A program made the translations under genes and the position numbers. Below, piece after piece: positions 35,541 to 48,306 of a stretch of 64,000 bases of DNA. The notes under the pieces were generated by a model that had not been told where the DNA came from, made no database searches, and worked only from the letters and a program-made list of their open reading frames with translations. Numbering within the stretch: the stretch's first letter is position 1; each line of letters opens with the position of its first letter. The DNA comes from Elsinoe ampelina (taxonomy: Eukaryota): contig ML992504.1 of the NCBI GenBank assembly GCA_010093995.1, positions 1 to 64,000 of the forward strand, written 5' to 3'.

Positions 35541-36450
35541 GTTAGTAGGCCTATAGTAGTAGAGGCTAAAAAGGTAAATATTAATAACCTCTAGCTAGTA
35601 GAGAGAAGAGTTATTAAGAGGCTAAAGGTAGTTAGAGAGGTATTTAAGAGAAAGGAGAAGATAGAGGCTATAATAAAGAAGATAATTAAGAGGCTTAAAG
35701 AGGAGAGATTAATAATGCTAGAGAACTTAGTAGTAGTATTTAGTAGTATAGGGATTAGTATACTAGCTACTAAGGAGCTTAAGATTAATCTCTAATACCT
35801 TATAAGAGCTAAGGAGTAATATTTAAGAAGTTATTTATGTTAAAGGACAACTATTTACTAATTTTTAAAGCCTCTATATTACTACTAACTCCTCCTCTAC
35901 TAACTTAAGGTTACTAGCTACCTTACTGCCTTTCTAAAAAGGTAACCTAAACGAGCTAAACAACTGCTCTAGCACTCTAAAAGACTCCTCTAGCTCGCTT
36001 ATAGAGTTCACGCTTATTTGCCCTTAAGCTGCAAAAGATCGGCCACTAAAAAGGTGGAAGAGGCCAGCTAAAACCGTCTATTCCCACTGAACATCCAATA
36101 GCAGCCATCCTACGGCCGTATCGTCATCAGGTCTGATGGTCAAAGTTCAAGCATGGTGGCGTGGTGGGCCCTGCGTGGTTGAAATGAGGAGCCCCGCAAC
36201 TTCTCCATGCTCATGACGTAGCAAGCGAGAAGGCTTCCTGCATCCGAGCATGCCATCTCAACAGATCACCAGCCATTTCCTTGCAGTGGGTCGATGGGCT
36301 GGCAGTCCGGGTGAATTGAACCCGCATCATGACAAGATGGGACCTCACTATTCCCCTCTTCCATGCCGTATAGATGTGTCCCCACGACCACCTCCTGGAC
36401 AAAGGTAGGTCTCTTTCCATAGTGCCTTCACCCGGCTTACCACCGCAAGT

Positions 36451-38447
36451 ATGAAGACACAGCAAATTTTGTCTCTGCTGGTGGCTATCTCCAGTTCATT
36501 AGCAGCTCCCTACCGGGGCAGACTTCAACCAAGACAAGCTCCATCAGGGGCACCTGTGGTCACCCTGCAGAATGGATCTTACTATGGAGTTGAGCAGACC
36601 AACTACAGCCAAGACTTGTTCTTGGGTATCCCGTTCGCTGAGCCACCCATTGATGAGCTCCGATTTGCCAACCCTCAGTCCTTGAATCAGACGTGGGAGG
36701 GGCAATGGCCGGCCACCAACTACGCCTTCGTAAGTATGCCTTCTTGGGAGGAGACCACGTTTGCTGATCGTGTGACCAGGAGTGCATTGGTTATGGAGGA
36801 GATCAGATAGGATATCAGCAGGTATGTCTTATGGGTCCTCTCCCTGATATCCTGCTGACAGAGTTCAGAGTGAAGACTGCCTCTATCTCAATGTCGTTAG
36901 ACCGTCGGGCTACGAAAATCAGAGTCTGCCAGTGGCAGTTTGGATCCATGGTCAGCTTTCTTAAGGATGGCATCCACTCAGGCTGACCTTGCTGGCTAGG
37001 TGGTGGATTCTACATGGGAGGTGCCGTTGACCGAAGATACAACTTGTCGTTCATCGTGGAGAACTCTGTAAAGATTGGGAAGCCTATCATCGCTGCAAGC
37101 ATTCCGTATCGTCTTGGACCATTCGGGTTCTTGCAATCGAGCGAGGTGCAAGCAGCCGGCCAGACCAACCTTGGACTCAAGGATCAACGACTGGCCCTGC
37201 AGTGGATTCAGGAGAACATTGGGGCATTCGGAGGTGGGTCGACAGTCGCCACTGGCTTACAGCGCTGACGTTCCGAAAGGGGATCCCGATAAAGTAACGA
37301 TATTCGGCGAGAGTGCTGGCGGCGCAAGTGTGGGCTTCCACATCACAGCATTCAACGGCCGAGATGATGGGTTGTTCCGGGCTGCTATACTTGAATCCGG
37401 CAATCCGGTATCGTATCAGCCCTTGAATGGTGTGGACTTTTACCAGCCAATCTACGACAATTTGACAAAGGCCGCTGGATGCGGCAATTGTAGCGACACG
37501 TTAGCTTGTCTTCGAGACGTCCCTCTATTTGTGCTTAACAACATCTTGAACACCACCGAGTTCAACAGCGGCTGGAATCCTACCATAGATGGCGACTTTG
37601 TCGCTCGACCTGGCAGTGAGCAACTAGCCGACGGATCCTTTGTCAAAGTACCCATCATTGATGGTAAAGAAGCCCCTGCTAGAGTGGCCCACAGTCACTG
37701 ACCTTCTAGGTGCCAACTCTGATGAAGGAACTGCATTTTCTCCCCGTGGCATTGACACCGAAGCAGATTTTGTCGCCGTACTTCAAGGTAAGTTGCCGGC
37801 TGCTCTTACGACAGTCAGCTAACAGTTCATCGGCGGGACGACCTGGTCAGCAGGGTCTTTCACCAGAAGTGATACAGCAAATCCTCGACGCCTATCCAGC
37901 GGATCCCGATGCTGGTATTCCCTCTTCCGAGTCCCTCGGTGGAAACGTGACCATCCCACTCCCATTCGGAGTTCAATGGCGTAGATCGGCAGCGTTCGCC
38001 GGCGACCAAACCTTCATCGCAGGTCGTCGCCTCACCTGCCAGACCTGGGCAGCGGCCGGTGTAAATGCCTACTGCTACCGCTTCAATGCCATTCCTGCCG
38101 GTATTCCCTGGCCCATCCAGGCGACACACTTCCAGGAAGTGGCATTTGTCTTCAACAACCTCGAAGGACTGGGGTACGCCATTCCACCTTTCCAGAACAA
38201 ATCCGAGGCCTACACCCGTCTCAGCGACTTCATGAGCAATACCTGGGCTTCATTCGTGTATGATCTAAACCCGAACAATTGGACGGGTAGAGCTGAGTAC
38301 GGCGCCGAGGACTGGCCAAAGTACACGACGCACGAGCCGCAAGACTTTGTCTTTGACGCCAACAGGACGAGTTATGCTGAGCCGGACACGTACCGTGCAG
38401 AGGGTATCGCGTTGATCAACAGTCTGAATCCAGTGTTTGGGCGATAA
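36451..38447 (+). CDS. Secreted type-B carboxylesterase / fungal lipase (COesterase family); about 6 introns
   Basis: Signal peptide; FLGIPFAEPP, LRFANP, SEDCLYLNVVRP, WIHG|GGF, YRLGPFGFL, NLGLKDQRLALQWIQENIGAFG|GDPDKVTIFGESAGG, GANSDEGT and THFQEVAFVF. The last intron acceptor is uncertain. Confidence 0.9.
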
Positions 38448-38658
38448 GAGAGCTGTTGTTGTAGTTGGAGATGAGAAGCATGGAAAGCGAGGGTGTGCGG
38501 CACGGGTGAGCTGCGCCACCCCAAGCCCTAGTCCCATCCTCCACTTCACTTCACACTTTGCACGTGAAGATGAACGCTCGAAGTAATCTTGCATCAATCA
38601 ATAAAGATTATGACATTATATCTACAGACTTTTGTTCTCGCAGCTATGCTCTTCCCAC

Positions 38659-39750
38659 TTAGATCTTGCCAATACCGGAGCCACGGGTGACGTCCTCGAT
38701 GACATTCTTGAGCGGGGTCAACTTGAACTTGTATGGAGCCTTGGTGAAGTTGCCAACCCTGGTGATGTTGACATCAGCGGTACCGAAATCGTTCTTCGCT
38801 CCCAAGTTGGCGAAACCATCAAGCTCTTCGTCACCGCAGACGCACGTGTTGGGGCTGTCCTCGGGGATGACGAGACCGTAGGTGCTGAGGGCCTCGGAGG
38901 TGTTACCGCGGAAGACGTTGCCCTCGACGAGCACGTTGTTGTCGGAGCGCGAGTGGATGGCTTGAAAGTAGAAGTCGTTATAGTAGTTGTTGTAGACGTG
39001 CTGGCGACCGAAGCGACCGGCGGGGCCACGGGTACCCTCGCGCTCCCAGCGGTTGTGGTGGTAGGTGATGCGGAGCTTGAAGGTATCGACTTCGCGGAGG
39101 ACATCGCTGTTGCCAACGAGAGAGGACTAGGAATTGGTCAGTATGGTTCACGCGTTTACATCCCTCTGATTTCTTACCTTCCAGTGGTCGTGGAAGTAGT
39201 TCCACGATGCGGTGATCCAGTTGGATCCACGAACGATGTCGAGCTGTCCATCGTTGTAGTCGGGGCCGTTCTCGAAGCCGCTGGACTCAAACTCGTTGTG
39301 GTCAATCCAGACACGAGTGGAGTTGATGATTTGCAGGCAATCGGCGTTCAGGACATTGCGGATACCAAGGTTGCGGATGATGACATTGTCGGAGCCATTG
39401 ACATCAACACCCTTGCCGATGATGTTGCCGCCCTTGCCCCAGCCGAGGAGGGAGGTGTTGGAGCCGACCTTTAGGCGGGTCGATGGGCTGATCTCGCCCT
39501 TGAGGTAGACGACCTTCTTGGCGTTGCCGGATACAGCAGCCTGGAGAGCTTCGAAAGTCTCGGCGACGGTGACCTTGCCTCCCTTGCCACCAGTTGTGGG
39601 ACCGATGGGATTGTCCTTTGCGAAACCGACAAGATCAAAGTCGAGCTTGCGGCCCTTTCCGCCACTGCGCTGCTCATCCTCCTCCTGTGCAATAGGAGTG
39701 GCAGAGACGAGGAGGGGAAGGAGAGAAGTGAGGAAGAAAGAGACCTTCAT
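38659..39750 (-). CDS. Pectate lyase, family PL1, secreted; intron about 39128-39177
   Basis: Signal peptide; GPTTGGKGG, VGSNTSLLG, NVIIRNL, VWIDHNEF, DGQLDI, FHDHWK and VEGNVF. Confidence 0.94.
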
Positions 39751-41293
39751 CTTGAACTAGGTATGTCGACTTGAGGTGACTCTGGATTGATCTAGAGGGA
39801 GGCTGTGAGATCTAAAGCTTGCAGAGGTGGGCGATCTCGCTCAATCTATATGCCTAACAGCAAACAGACCCCATCAGCCAGGCTTGGGTCCTTGTCATCT
39901 CTGGACCGCCACGATGGATAATTTTTCCCCTCGCAGTGCTCGCACAAGGCACTTTGTGTATTCTCCGCCGCTTGGCATCGCGTCCGGGACATTTCGCCGT
40001 GGGTCTAATGCTGCACGGGGCCGCTGGGATCGCGGCCAAGTGGTGTCCCTTGGCAAAGACATAAGCTCCTCTCACCTGCCACCGCGCGAAAACGTCAGTG
40101 ACATGACATGCGGAGAGATGATGCGAGCCAGCTTTTGCCCCGGTGATTGACACGTGATGAGCGCGCCAAGGTATGGGGGAGGACAGTGAGTGGTGGAAAT
40201 TCTGTCTGGACAGTCGCTTTTAGCTTCCATAGGCGAGCTATCCAAGCTCTACAGAGGTGGAAATGCAGGACGGGAGCGAGTGTTCATTTGGGAAGGCGCT
40301 GATCCAGTCGGCCTTTCATCTGGGAAGCCAGCCATGGTCATACCCGTCGTGATCCCGCGGCACGGTACGGTTGATTTGTGGGATTGTCCAGCGTGTGTGG
40401 AGAAGCTGGGGAAACAAGACGAGGACAAGAAGTGGTTTCGGTGACCTTGGGACCTGACGGGGTCTGCTTGGTACGCTCTTGGCTCCTCGCCAGGCACAAA
40501 GACGCGGGGCCAGCGACGCCACACTGACCGCCGCTCATCTCTTTTACGAACAATTTCGCCGCAGAGTCTTGGCCATGTCGGTGTCGGGGCGAGGAGATTA
40601 TTCCATCTTGGTGTGGCCGTTCTGAGTGAGGGTGTGAAGTTGTCAGCCATGTCGTGATCGCTCGAGGGCATTTGTCCAGCTTGGTTGCCCATTGTGTCCA
40701 GCAGAAATAGCTTCAGAGCCGCTACGGCTCGATAGAGTCTCGGAAAGCGTCCCTCCTGTCGATCGAGTGCATGCTGAATCTCTCCAGGTCATGACACACG
40801 TGGATGACGGTCCCTGCAGCCAGGCACGCGGTATCTACAACAGGTAAATTGAGACCATGACGTTCGTCGAGTCGGACAAAGATGAAAGCCTCAAGGTCGA
40901 CGATCTGCGAATCTTCGATGGACCAGAGGAGCTGCATCGCTCTTTTTGTTCTTCGGTCAAGAACGAGCCCTGATTGACCACTCCCTGTGCCATTTAGGGC
41001 ACAACTTGGTGCTAAGCAAAAGGCAGGTCGAATTTGTCAAGCACTGGACATTAGTGGGCAATTCGAAGACCATACGGTAGCCATTTTGCATGGTTATCTT
41101 GCGTACGTCGTAAATTAGGTCTGGCACGAAATGATCCAGCTAATAGCAAATAACATCCTGTACTGGTCCAGTTCTTGTCCTCCCTCACACTTGTCCACCA
41201 TTACTTTTGGCAGCAGCCTGGGTATCTCCACATTATGAAACAACTTTACGTTTATATCAATCCATCTCTCAGTCTCAGTCGCGATATGATCAA

Positions 41294-43116
41294 TCAAATC
41301 ACGCGCTTCCGCTTCCTTTCCTCAGGCGGCTCTTCTTCTCCTTCTCGCTCCGCCGTCTCAGCTGGGTTAAGAAGCGAATGGACATTACTGGCCATGCTAC
41401 TTCTCCGTGTAGGCGGAGCTGAGAAGTCAATGTTACGAAAAGGGAACTTTGGGCCGGGCAATTGCCAGCCTGCCTCGTTCCCAACGTTGGCGTAGCTTGG
41501 TGGTGCATTGGCATCCGGCGGCGGCGTCGTGTGTCTTTGAAAGGGTCCACCGCCAGGAGCTTTGGATAGCTCATATGACGCAAGGACATCCCGCAAATGC
41601 TGATCACCCTGCGGAGGCCTGTACGGTGAAGAAGGCCATTGCGTCGAGTTCTGTCCCGATGCAAATGGAGAGCTGCCCGGAAGACCAGCACCAGGCGGAG
41701 CATTACCGTGCCAGCCCTGGACACGAATGTCCGCAGATGTGTGTCGCCGAGAAAGGTTCGCAGGAGGCGAGTGCACAGTTGCAAGCGGGTGTGGTTGAGG
41801 TTGTGGGACTGGTGGCGGGGGCAGATTGTTATACTGCGCAGCTCGGGGCGCTGACGGAGACAGCCCACCGTCAGGCACACTCAGAGATCCCTGTCGGCGC
41901 GGTGATGCAAGGACGGGCGCCATTGGCGTCCGGAAAGACGGTGGTGGCCCTGTGACTTGGAGTGAAGGTCGCCGAGAATTGTCGTGATTCGGGTGACGAG
42001 GAGAGATTGGCCCCATTGGTTCAAATGAGGAATTACCATAGGCTGGGCGACCTTGATTCTCCATCGACTTGAGAGTCTCTGCATGTCGTGCAATCTCAGC
42101 TTTCAACGCGGCGACTATGCTATTGTCAGTATGCTTTCGATGCGGGGCTCAGTGTGTTACTTACCATCTCTATGTACAGGGTTCTCCGGGTCTGGCACTG
42201 CACTGAGCAGATGCGATGAAATGTCGTTGCTATATTGAACGCATTTTGATAGACTTTCTGATAGGACTGCAAAGTTGGCAGTCATCTTGTGCAGTGCATC
42301 GTCGGTTCTGGCAAGCCGTGTGAAGACCTCGTGGAAGTTGTACTCCATCATGTTGACTCGAGTCTCCAACGACTCCTGAGTCACTGGAAGCTCTGGTTGC
42401 GGCGCTGGGATATGAGTGTGCTGAGGAGGTGCCTTTGGTGCATTCGAGAACGAGTCACGGTGGATAAGTGTCTGTCGAGATGCCCTTCTCTTGATCTCCC
42501 TCAACCCGACCAGATCGCCCCTCTTGAAGCTACCCGCGCCGTGCTTGAATTCCCAAAGTGGAGAGTCTGGTGATCCGGCGTGGAAAACATCGCTGACCTT
42601 GTGAAAGCCATACATGTTGAGCTGGCGTACGAATGAGGAAATGTTGGTATGCTTGAAGTAAGACGCCAGCACCTTTGAGAATTCGGTCGATGGTGACATG
42701 ACGAAGCTCTCGTTGGTATTCGACCAGGAAATGAGATGTTGAATTGTCTGGTCCTCGAGCATGTTATACAGCTTGTGGATAAAAGCGGCTTGAACCACTT
42801 TTGGCTGTTGTGCTGCTGCTGCTGCCCCGACTGGCCCTGGAGCGTTGTTTGACTGCTCCTTGTCCGGTGTGTTGGCAGATGACGGCGCGAGACGTTCTCG
42901 GCTTGGACTGCCATTCAATGTTCGCTCTTTTGATGATGGCCCAGAATGTGGTGAGATATCCATTGGTTCGGCGGAGGACTGTGCTGAGTGAGAGTTGGAA
43001 GGACCAACGTTGCTCGATAAGAGCGGTAGGTCGCGCGTATGGCCAGCAGTAAGCCTATCCGAGTCGAAAGGACTGCTCCTATGCGCTTCGGTGACGGAAG
43101 TCATGATTACAGACAT
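41294..43116 (-). CDS. SFL1: HSF-type transcription factor, Sfl1-like; intron 42115-42164
   Basis: HSF DNA-binding domain AFIHKLYNMLED..LISWS..SFV..YFKHTNISSFVRQLNMYGFHKV..WEFKH, a coiled coil, and C-terminal RRSSMASNVHSLLNP plus an RKRKR NLS. The start may be 43104. Confidence 0.88.
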
Positions 43117-45031
43117 CGGTCGCGGCGAAGTTGAGAAGGGGGTGGAGTTTCAGTTCAGGACAGGTGCGCTTCAATTCCTTCTTGACCAATCCCGTGTGTA
43201 TCCTCGCTCTTCGCTATGGTGACTCTGATGAATGAGACGAAAGTTAAAGGTCAAGATTGCCCTATCAAGCGCAGCGCTGTCGGCAATGCACGTGGGAGCT
43301 GTACACAGGCGTCGCCGAGTCCGCACGGCCAATGATCGACAGGAGCTTGATCAAATGCGGAGGCGCGATCCAGTCTGATGGTGGTTGATCAGGTCCACGC
43401 TGGGGGGATATCTGATAGAGAACAAGTATCGCACCGAGATGTTGTTGTTGTTGTTGTAGCAAGTGGGGGAGGTTTGACGATGTTGTCTGCAGGGGAACAC
43501 GACAACCGAGGGAGGGCTATTGGAGTCTTGGGCGCCAGGGAGAGAGAGACCCGTGGTGGCTTGCCAGAAGCTCCAGATTAGGAACAGATCGAGAATATGG
43601 AGAAGGGGATGGCGGCGGGCCGCGAGGAATTATTCTAGCAATGATCCAACGGTCATGCGCCCAACGTTCCAGAATTGTATCGGCCGCAGGTACTGGTTGT
43701 AAGATATAACGGTGAAGGAAGGAAGGCTGCAGGAAAGAATTGCAGTCGCAAAGAAGAGGGACCGAAGCTCGTTCGTGTGCTTCGAATGTGCTGCACAGGA
43801 GATTATTGCGGATAAGGAGACGCGAGGCAGATCCTTGGATCCTTGATCGACAAGGGCCGAGTTCCCTATTATTCCCTGTCGGTTCTTGGAGCTGGTGGAG
43901 TCGAAGTTGACTAGCAGAGGGGTCTCAGCGGGATTTGCTGCAGCAGATGGAGATCTAGGGAGCATGTGAGAGCGTAGAGTAGAGCTAGGTCTTTGGTGCT
44001 GCTGTTCCGGACTTTGGCATTTATTCCAGGATCGAGCTCCGAGCAGCCTTTTGAAGCTCTCCCTTCTGTCCTGCTTCTTCTGGCCTGTACGAGTTGCCTT
44101 CCCGATGCGACGCTGGAGTTACAGAGTGACCTCTATATTTCTCTAGGGCGGACTTCCTTTGGCTTTTGCTGTGAACCAGTGATCATTGCAGCCTTCACAA
44201 TTCGCCCAAACCTCGCATCGCAAGTTACCATCAACACAGAGAGATGTCCGAGCTGCGGCAGGGACCGACCTTGGGCGATCGTCGTGTCGAATTGACGGTA
44301 CGGCTGGGGTCTCAGTTCTCAGCGGTCGAGCCTTCGGTGACTTTCAACGGAGCCAAGTCGAGCCAAGGGTAGCCCGATTTTACTTCGTATCCTTTGCCCA
44401 TCCTGTTGCTTGAAACGCCGAAGGCGATTAAAGAGGTCAGGGCCGGGGAGGACCATACCCTCAATATTGCATTCAAATTTGAGGATGAAGACAAGTGTGC
44501 TGTCGACGCGCTCGTGGCCGTGAATAATCTATCTATGGCGCATCTCGAGTGTCATGGTACAGTATCCGTGCAGAGATTGGCAAATACCATCTCGATCTGA
44601 TCATCGGCGCTCATGCATGAAATGAGCCTGCATGCCAGGATCATCAGGAACCAAGTAGCTCAAAGGAATATGATTGGATGCTGTCAGGACAAGCATGAAT
44701 GTCTCAGCATCTTCTGAATACATCATTGTTCTCTCACTCTCAAACTTTGCATTGCTTGATAGGTCCTCTACCTCGGCCGAAACTCGACAGCGTCATTCTT
44801 GCTGGAGTTTGCTGGAAAGGTCAAATCGTTCGTCATGATCATGCCGCTCCCTTGCTACATTAGGAGTCAAGCTCGCCGAGAAGAGAAATGGCCGACGTTT
44901 CTCCCATGAAACGCACCAAGGAACTATCGCTAGTCCTCATCGAGAGCCGTTACCAAAAGACACGACCACAATTCCAACCTCTGCCACGTGAAAAACGCCA
45001 CAACCCTGCAGTGATTTGTGATTTCCCTCCA

Positions 45032-47004
45032 CTACACACTGCAATCATGTATGGCTTGTGGACCTTGCTCATTGTAGTCGACACGCGTCAGGTATCCTTT
45101 CGAGGTTCCAGTGTCCACCGTGAAAAGTACCTTTGCCGCAACTTGAGCACCAAGGAAAGACGCCTCCTCATAGCCTACGTCCTTCCATTCCGGGAAGTAC
45201 TCTGGGATCTTTGCGAGCTTAATACTCGTCGGGGTTTGACCATGTGACGAATGACGACTTTCCATCATCCCTGACATGCTCTGGCCCATAGGGTTCAGGT
45301 GGGGGTTCTGTCCTGTGGTTGCCGCGAGCAGAAGAGGATTGACCCCTGACGGAGCGTGAATTTGCTGCGGAGGTTGGGTCTGTGGTGAATTATATCCGGT
45401 GGCCATTGGCGTGGATATGTTGGATGGTAGCTCTGAAGTGAAGATTGTGGCCGACGAGGGTGAGATTTGGTACTTGGACTGAAGCCTTGACAACAAACCC
45501 TCTTTGAACCCTCTGATCTTGGACCCGTTCCCGACTACGACCAGGTTGTTCCACAGCTCTGGTCTCTTGTCCATCTCTTCGACCGAGGAAATGGTTCGGA
45601 AAACAGCATCCGCCAACTTGTCGAGCACGCCCCCACTCGCAGCCATGAACCTTTCGGTCCCAACCTCGATCTCCCTCTTGATCGACCCTGACTTGATTTG
45701 GGTATCATCTGTGCCGTCTGTCGAGCCCTCTGCGGACAATTTTCTCCCTGCCGCATTGTTCATTGCCGTCTGCATCTCGGCCATTTGATTGCCTGAGACA
45801 TTCATCTCCTTCATCGCGTTTTGCAAAGCATGGTCCTGGTATACGAAGGTATTCTTCACCCTTTTCGAGTTGGGCAGCTTGACCGGCTTGTTGGCATTCG
45901 CAGCGGCATCGTTGCCTCCTTTCTTCTTGGTGGTAGCTTTCTCGGCTTTCTCCTTCTCCTTGCTCTCGATAAAGTCTTTCATCTTACCGCTCGTGACGAT
46001 GCTCGCCACATCAAGCACTCCTTCGTTATCCTCGTCTGGCTGAGCATCGGCCCCGACCCCTGCTCCTTGTCCGGCAGCTCGTCTTTCACCAACCGTGGCC
46101 GTCGATGTTGGTTCGTTCCCGCCCGTACTTGCTGCTATGGCCGGATTGGTCGCGTTCTCCTTGGCTTCCGATCCACTGGTTGAGGAAGGGATCTCGACAT
46201 CGGGTGGTAGTATTTCGCAGATGCTACTCTTCTTGAGTTGCTCGCACATATCTCGCGTGAATTTCTTTCCACCCAGGAGCTCATGTAACCTCGCCGTCAA
46301 AGCTTCACCCCCACAATCGGTCATTGCCGCAGCACGTCCGGTGTTGTGTAGCATGAAGCTAACAATCGCTGAGACATCTGCTTTATCTTTTCCAACGTCT
46401 ACGATGGTTGCATTTTCCAGTCCGTACCCATACGAGGTGGCCACGGCCGAGTCCATGATGGCAAAGGCCTGGTTCTTGTATGTCTCAAAGAAGTGCTGGG
46501 TGATCTTCTCGTGGTCTTTGGGCGTCCAGCAGGGTTGCGATATCACCAGTATGGCTGCTGTGATGAAAGGTTGTATGGTACCTTTTACGTATGCCATGAG
46601 ACCAAAGAAGGCATCCCAATCCACAATCGCACCGGCCTGTATGGGCCATATGGCGCCTTCTTCTGATTCAAAGTCCTCCTCATACTCGGGCTCCTCCTCT
46701 TGCGCAGGTGTCTCGGCTGAAGTGACCTCTGACTTGACAGTATCCTCTGGCTTGACTCCATTCGTCGCCGTCTTCTTCTTGAGTCGCACCTTGTTCGGCT
46801 CATACCGTCCAGGTTCCTCTGCGGGGAATACACATGATCGAATTCGATACCGAGCAGGCGTCAATGATTCTGGAAGACCATGTTGGACTAGGGTCGTCTG
46901 CGATCCAGGAGCGATGATCTATGGCAGCGGGTTAACTGCGGATCCATACGATGGTCCATATGTACGCGACTTACGAGTAATTGATCATCTTTTATAGTCG
47001 GCAT
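45032..47004 (-). CDS. ARP9: Actin-related protein Arp9 (SWI/SNF-RSC subunit); intron 46919-46974
   Basis: MPTIKDDQLL|IIAPGSQTT..GLPES; GAIVDWDAF; TIVDVGKDK; LKKSSICEIL; EIEVGTERF; ELWNNLVVVGNGS; KIPEYFPEWK; SFLGAQVAAKV. Confidence 0.88.
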
Positions 47005-47222
47005 TGTGGGACCGGCAGAGCAAGCGAACGAACGTGAAGATGAACGCGCTGATCATGGCGAAACGCGAAGGCGGAGCTTGTTGAAAGTGAAATGACTCGT
47101 GATTTTCTCCGCCATGATTCATGAACCATCCAGTGTACCAGGCCCCTGAGCTTCAGCACTAGCCCTCTACGAATTGAAATATATATGCTGCATACCAAGT
47201 AACGAGCAGTCAGTGAGTCAAG

Positions 47223-48162
47223 ATGAGCGACATCAATCTTCAGGAGGTCCATGACTTCCTCGTCACTGTGGCCAAAAAGGCTGGTGAGATGATCACTTCT
47301 GCTCGGCCCAATACTTCAATCTCTGGATCCAAAAAGAACTCTGCCGACCTGGTGACGGAGACGGACCAAGCAGTCGAGAAGATGGTGTCTAGCAATCTTC
47401 GTGATAAATATCCCTCGTTCGAGTGCGTCTAGTGACACCACATCCGATACAATTGAGTCAAGACTGACCAGATGCCAAAGGTTCATGGGTGAAGAGACAT
47501 ACAAGCCTGGCGACAAGCTCACCCCCGCCCCCACCTTCATCGTCGACCCGATAGACGGAACCACCAACTTTGTCCATGGTTACCCCTATGTCTCCATTTC
47601 CCTTGGCTTCGCCATCGATCTCATTCCTCAGGTCGGAGTCATCTACAATCCCTTTACCGACTCACTCTACTCTGGCATCAAAGGCAAGGGGTCATTCCTC
47701 ACCGATCAATTCCACGATCATGTCCGTCTGCCATTGAGGGAGCCCGAGCCTCTCGACGGCCTCGACAGAGCTATGATCGCGGTCGAATGGGGCAGCGACA
47801 GATCAGGAAACGATTATGATGTCAAGATCAAGACATTTCGCTCGCTGGGTGCCAGTAAGGACGACGGCGGTGCAATGGTACATTCATTGCGGTCCCTAGG
47901 CAGTGCGGCCCTCAACATGTGCGCCGTGGCGACTGGGTCAATGGACGCCTATTGGGAGGCCGGTTGCTGGGCGTGGGATGTTTGTGCTGGGTGGGTGGTG
48001 CTAGAGGAAGCTGGTGGTATAGTTGTGGATGCGAACAAAGGCAATTGGAAGCCCAGGGTAGATGAGAGGAGGCACCTGGCAGTCCGCGGTGGAAAGGGAC
48101 AGAAGGAATTCGTTGAAGAGTTCTGGAGTCATGTCGCGGGAAAAATCGAGGTGGGTCTCTGA
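47223..48162 (+). CDS. Inositol monophosphatase family protein; intron about 47422-47480
   Basis: KKNSADLVTETD, FMGEE, IVDPIDGTTNFVHG, RSLGSAALN and WAWDVCAG..EEAGG. Confidence 0.93.
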
Positions 48163-48306
48163 TGAAGTCATGAATAAAAGGTAAAGGATCGAGACGGAAA
48201 AAAGGTAGACTTGGGTATCATTCAAAAGCAGGAAAAAATCCGTTTCTATTTCGTGTTCCATTGACCATTTTGATCGTTTCTGTCATTACCATTATTACTC
48301 GTTCTT

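Larger units (their letters stand above)
32814..36079 (+). mobile_element. Full-length RIP-inactivated PIF/Harbinger-superfamily (PHIS) DNA transposon, about 3.27 kb
   Basis: 13-bp TIRs AGACGGTTTTAGC (32814-32826) and GCTAAAACCGTCT (36067-36079), flanked by an ATT 3-bp TSD (32811-32813, 36080-36082). The AT-rich RIP interior holds a DDE_Tnp_4 transposase relic. Confidence 0.88.

Noticed and set aside
32813..36080. Tc1/mariner interpretation (TA TSD with 12-bp TIR)
   Set aside because: The transposase relic is DDE_Tnp_4-like, and a 3-bp ATT duplication fits that superfamily better.
38632..39474. 280-aa plus-strand ORF
   Set aside because: Antisense shadow of the codon-biased PL1 gene.
39800..41250. 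Short ORFs (e.g. 40249-40692, 40722-40937) between PL1 and SFL1
   Set aside because: No domain features. Compatible with promoter and UTR sequence.
43200..45000. Short ORFs and a (GTT)n microsatellite upstream of SFL1
   Set aside because: Most simply a long regulatory or 5' UTR region, with no supportable gene.
46095..46997. 300-aa plus-strand ORF
   Set aside because: Antisense to ARP9, with no independent evidence.
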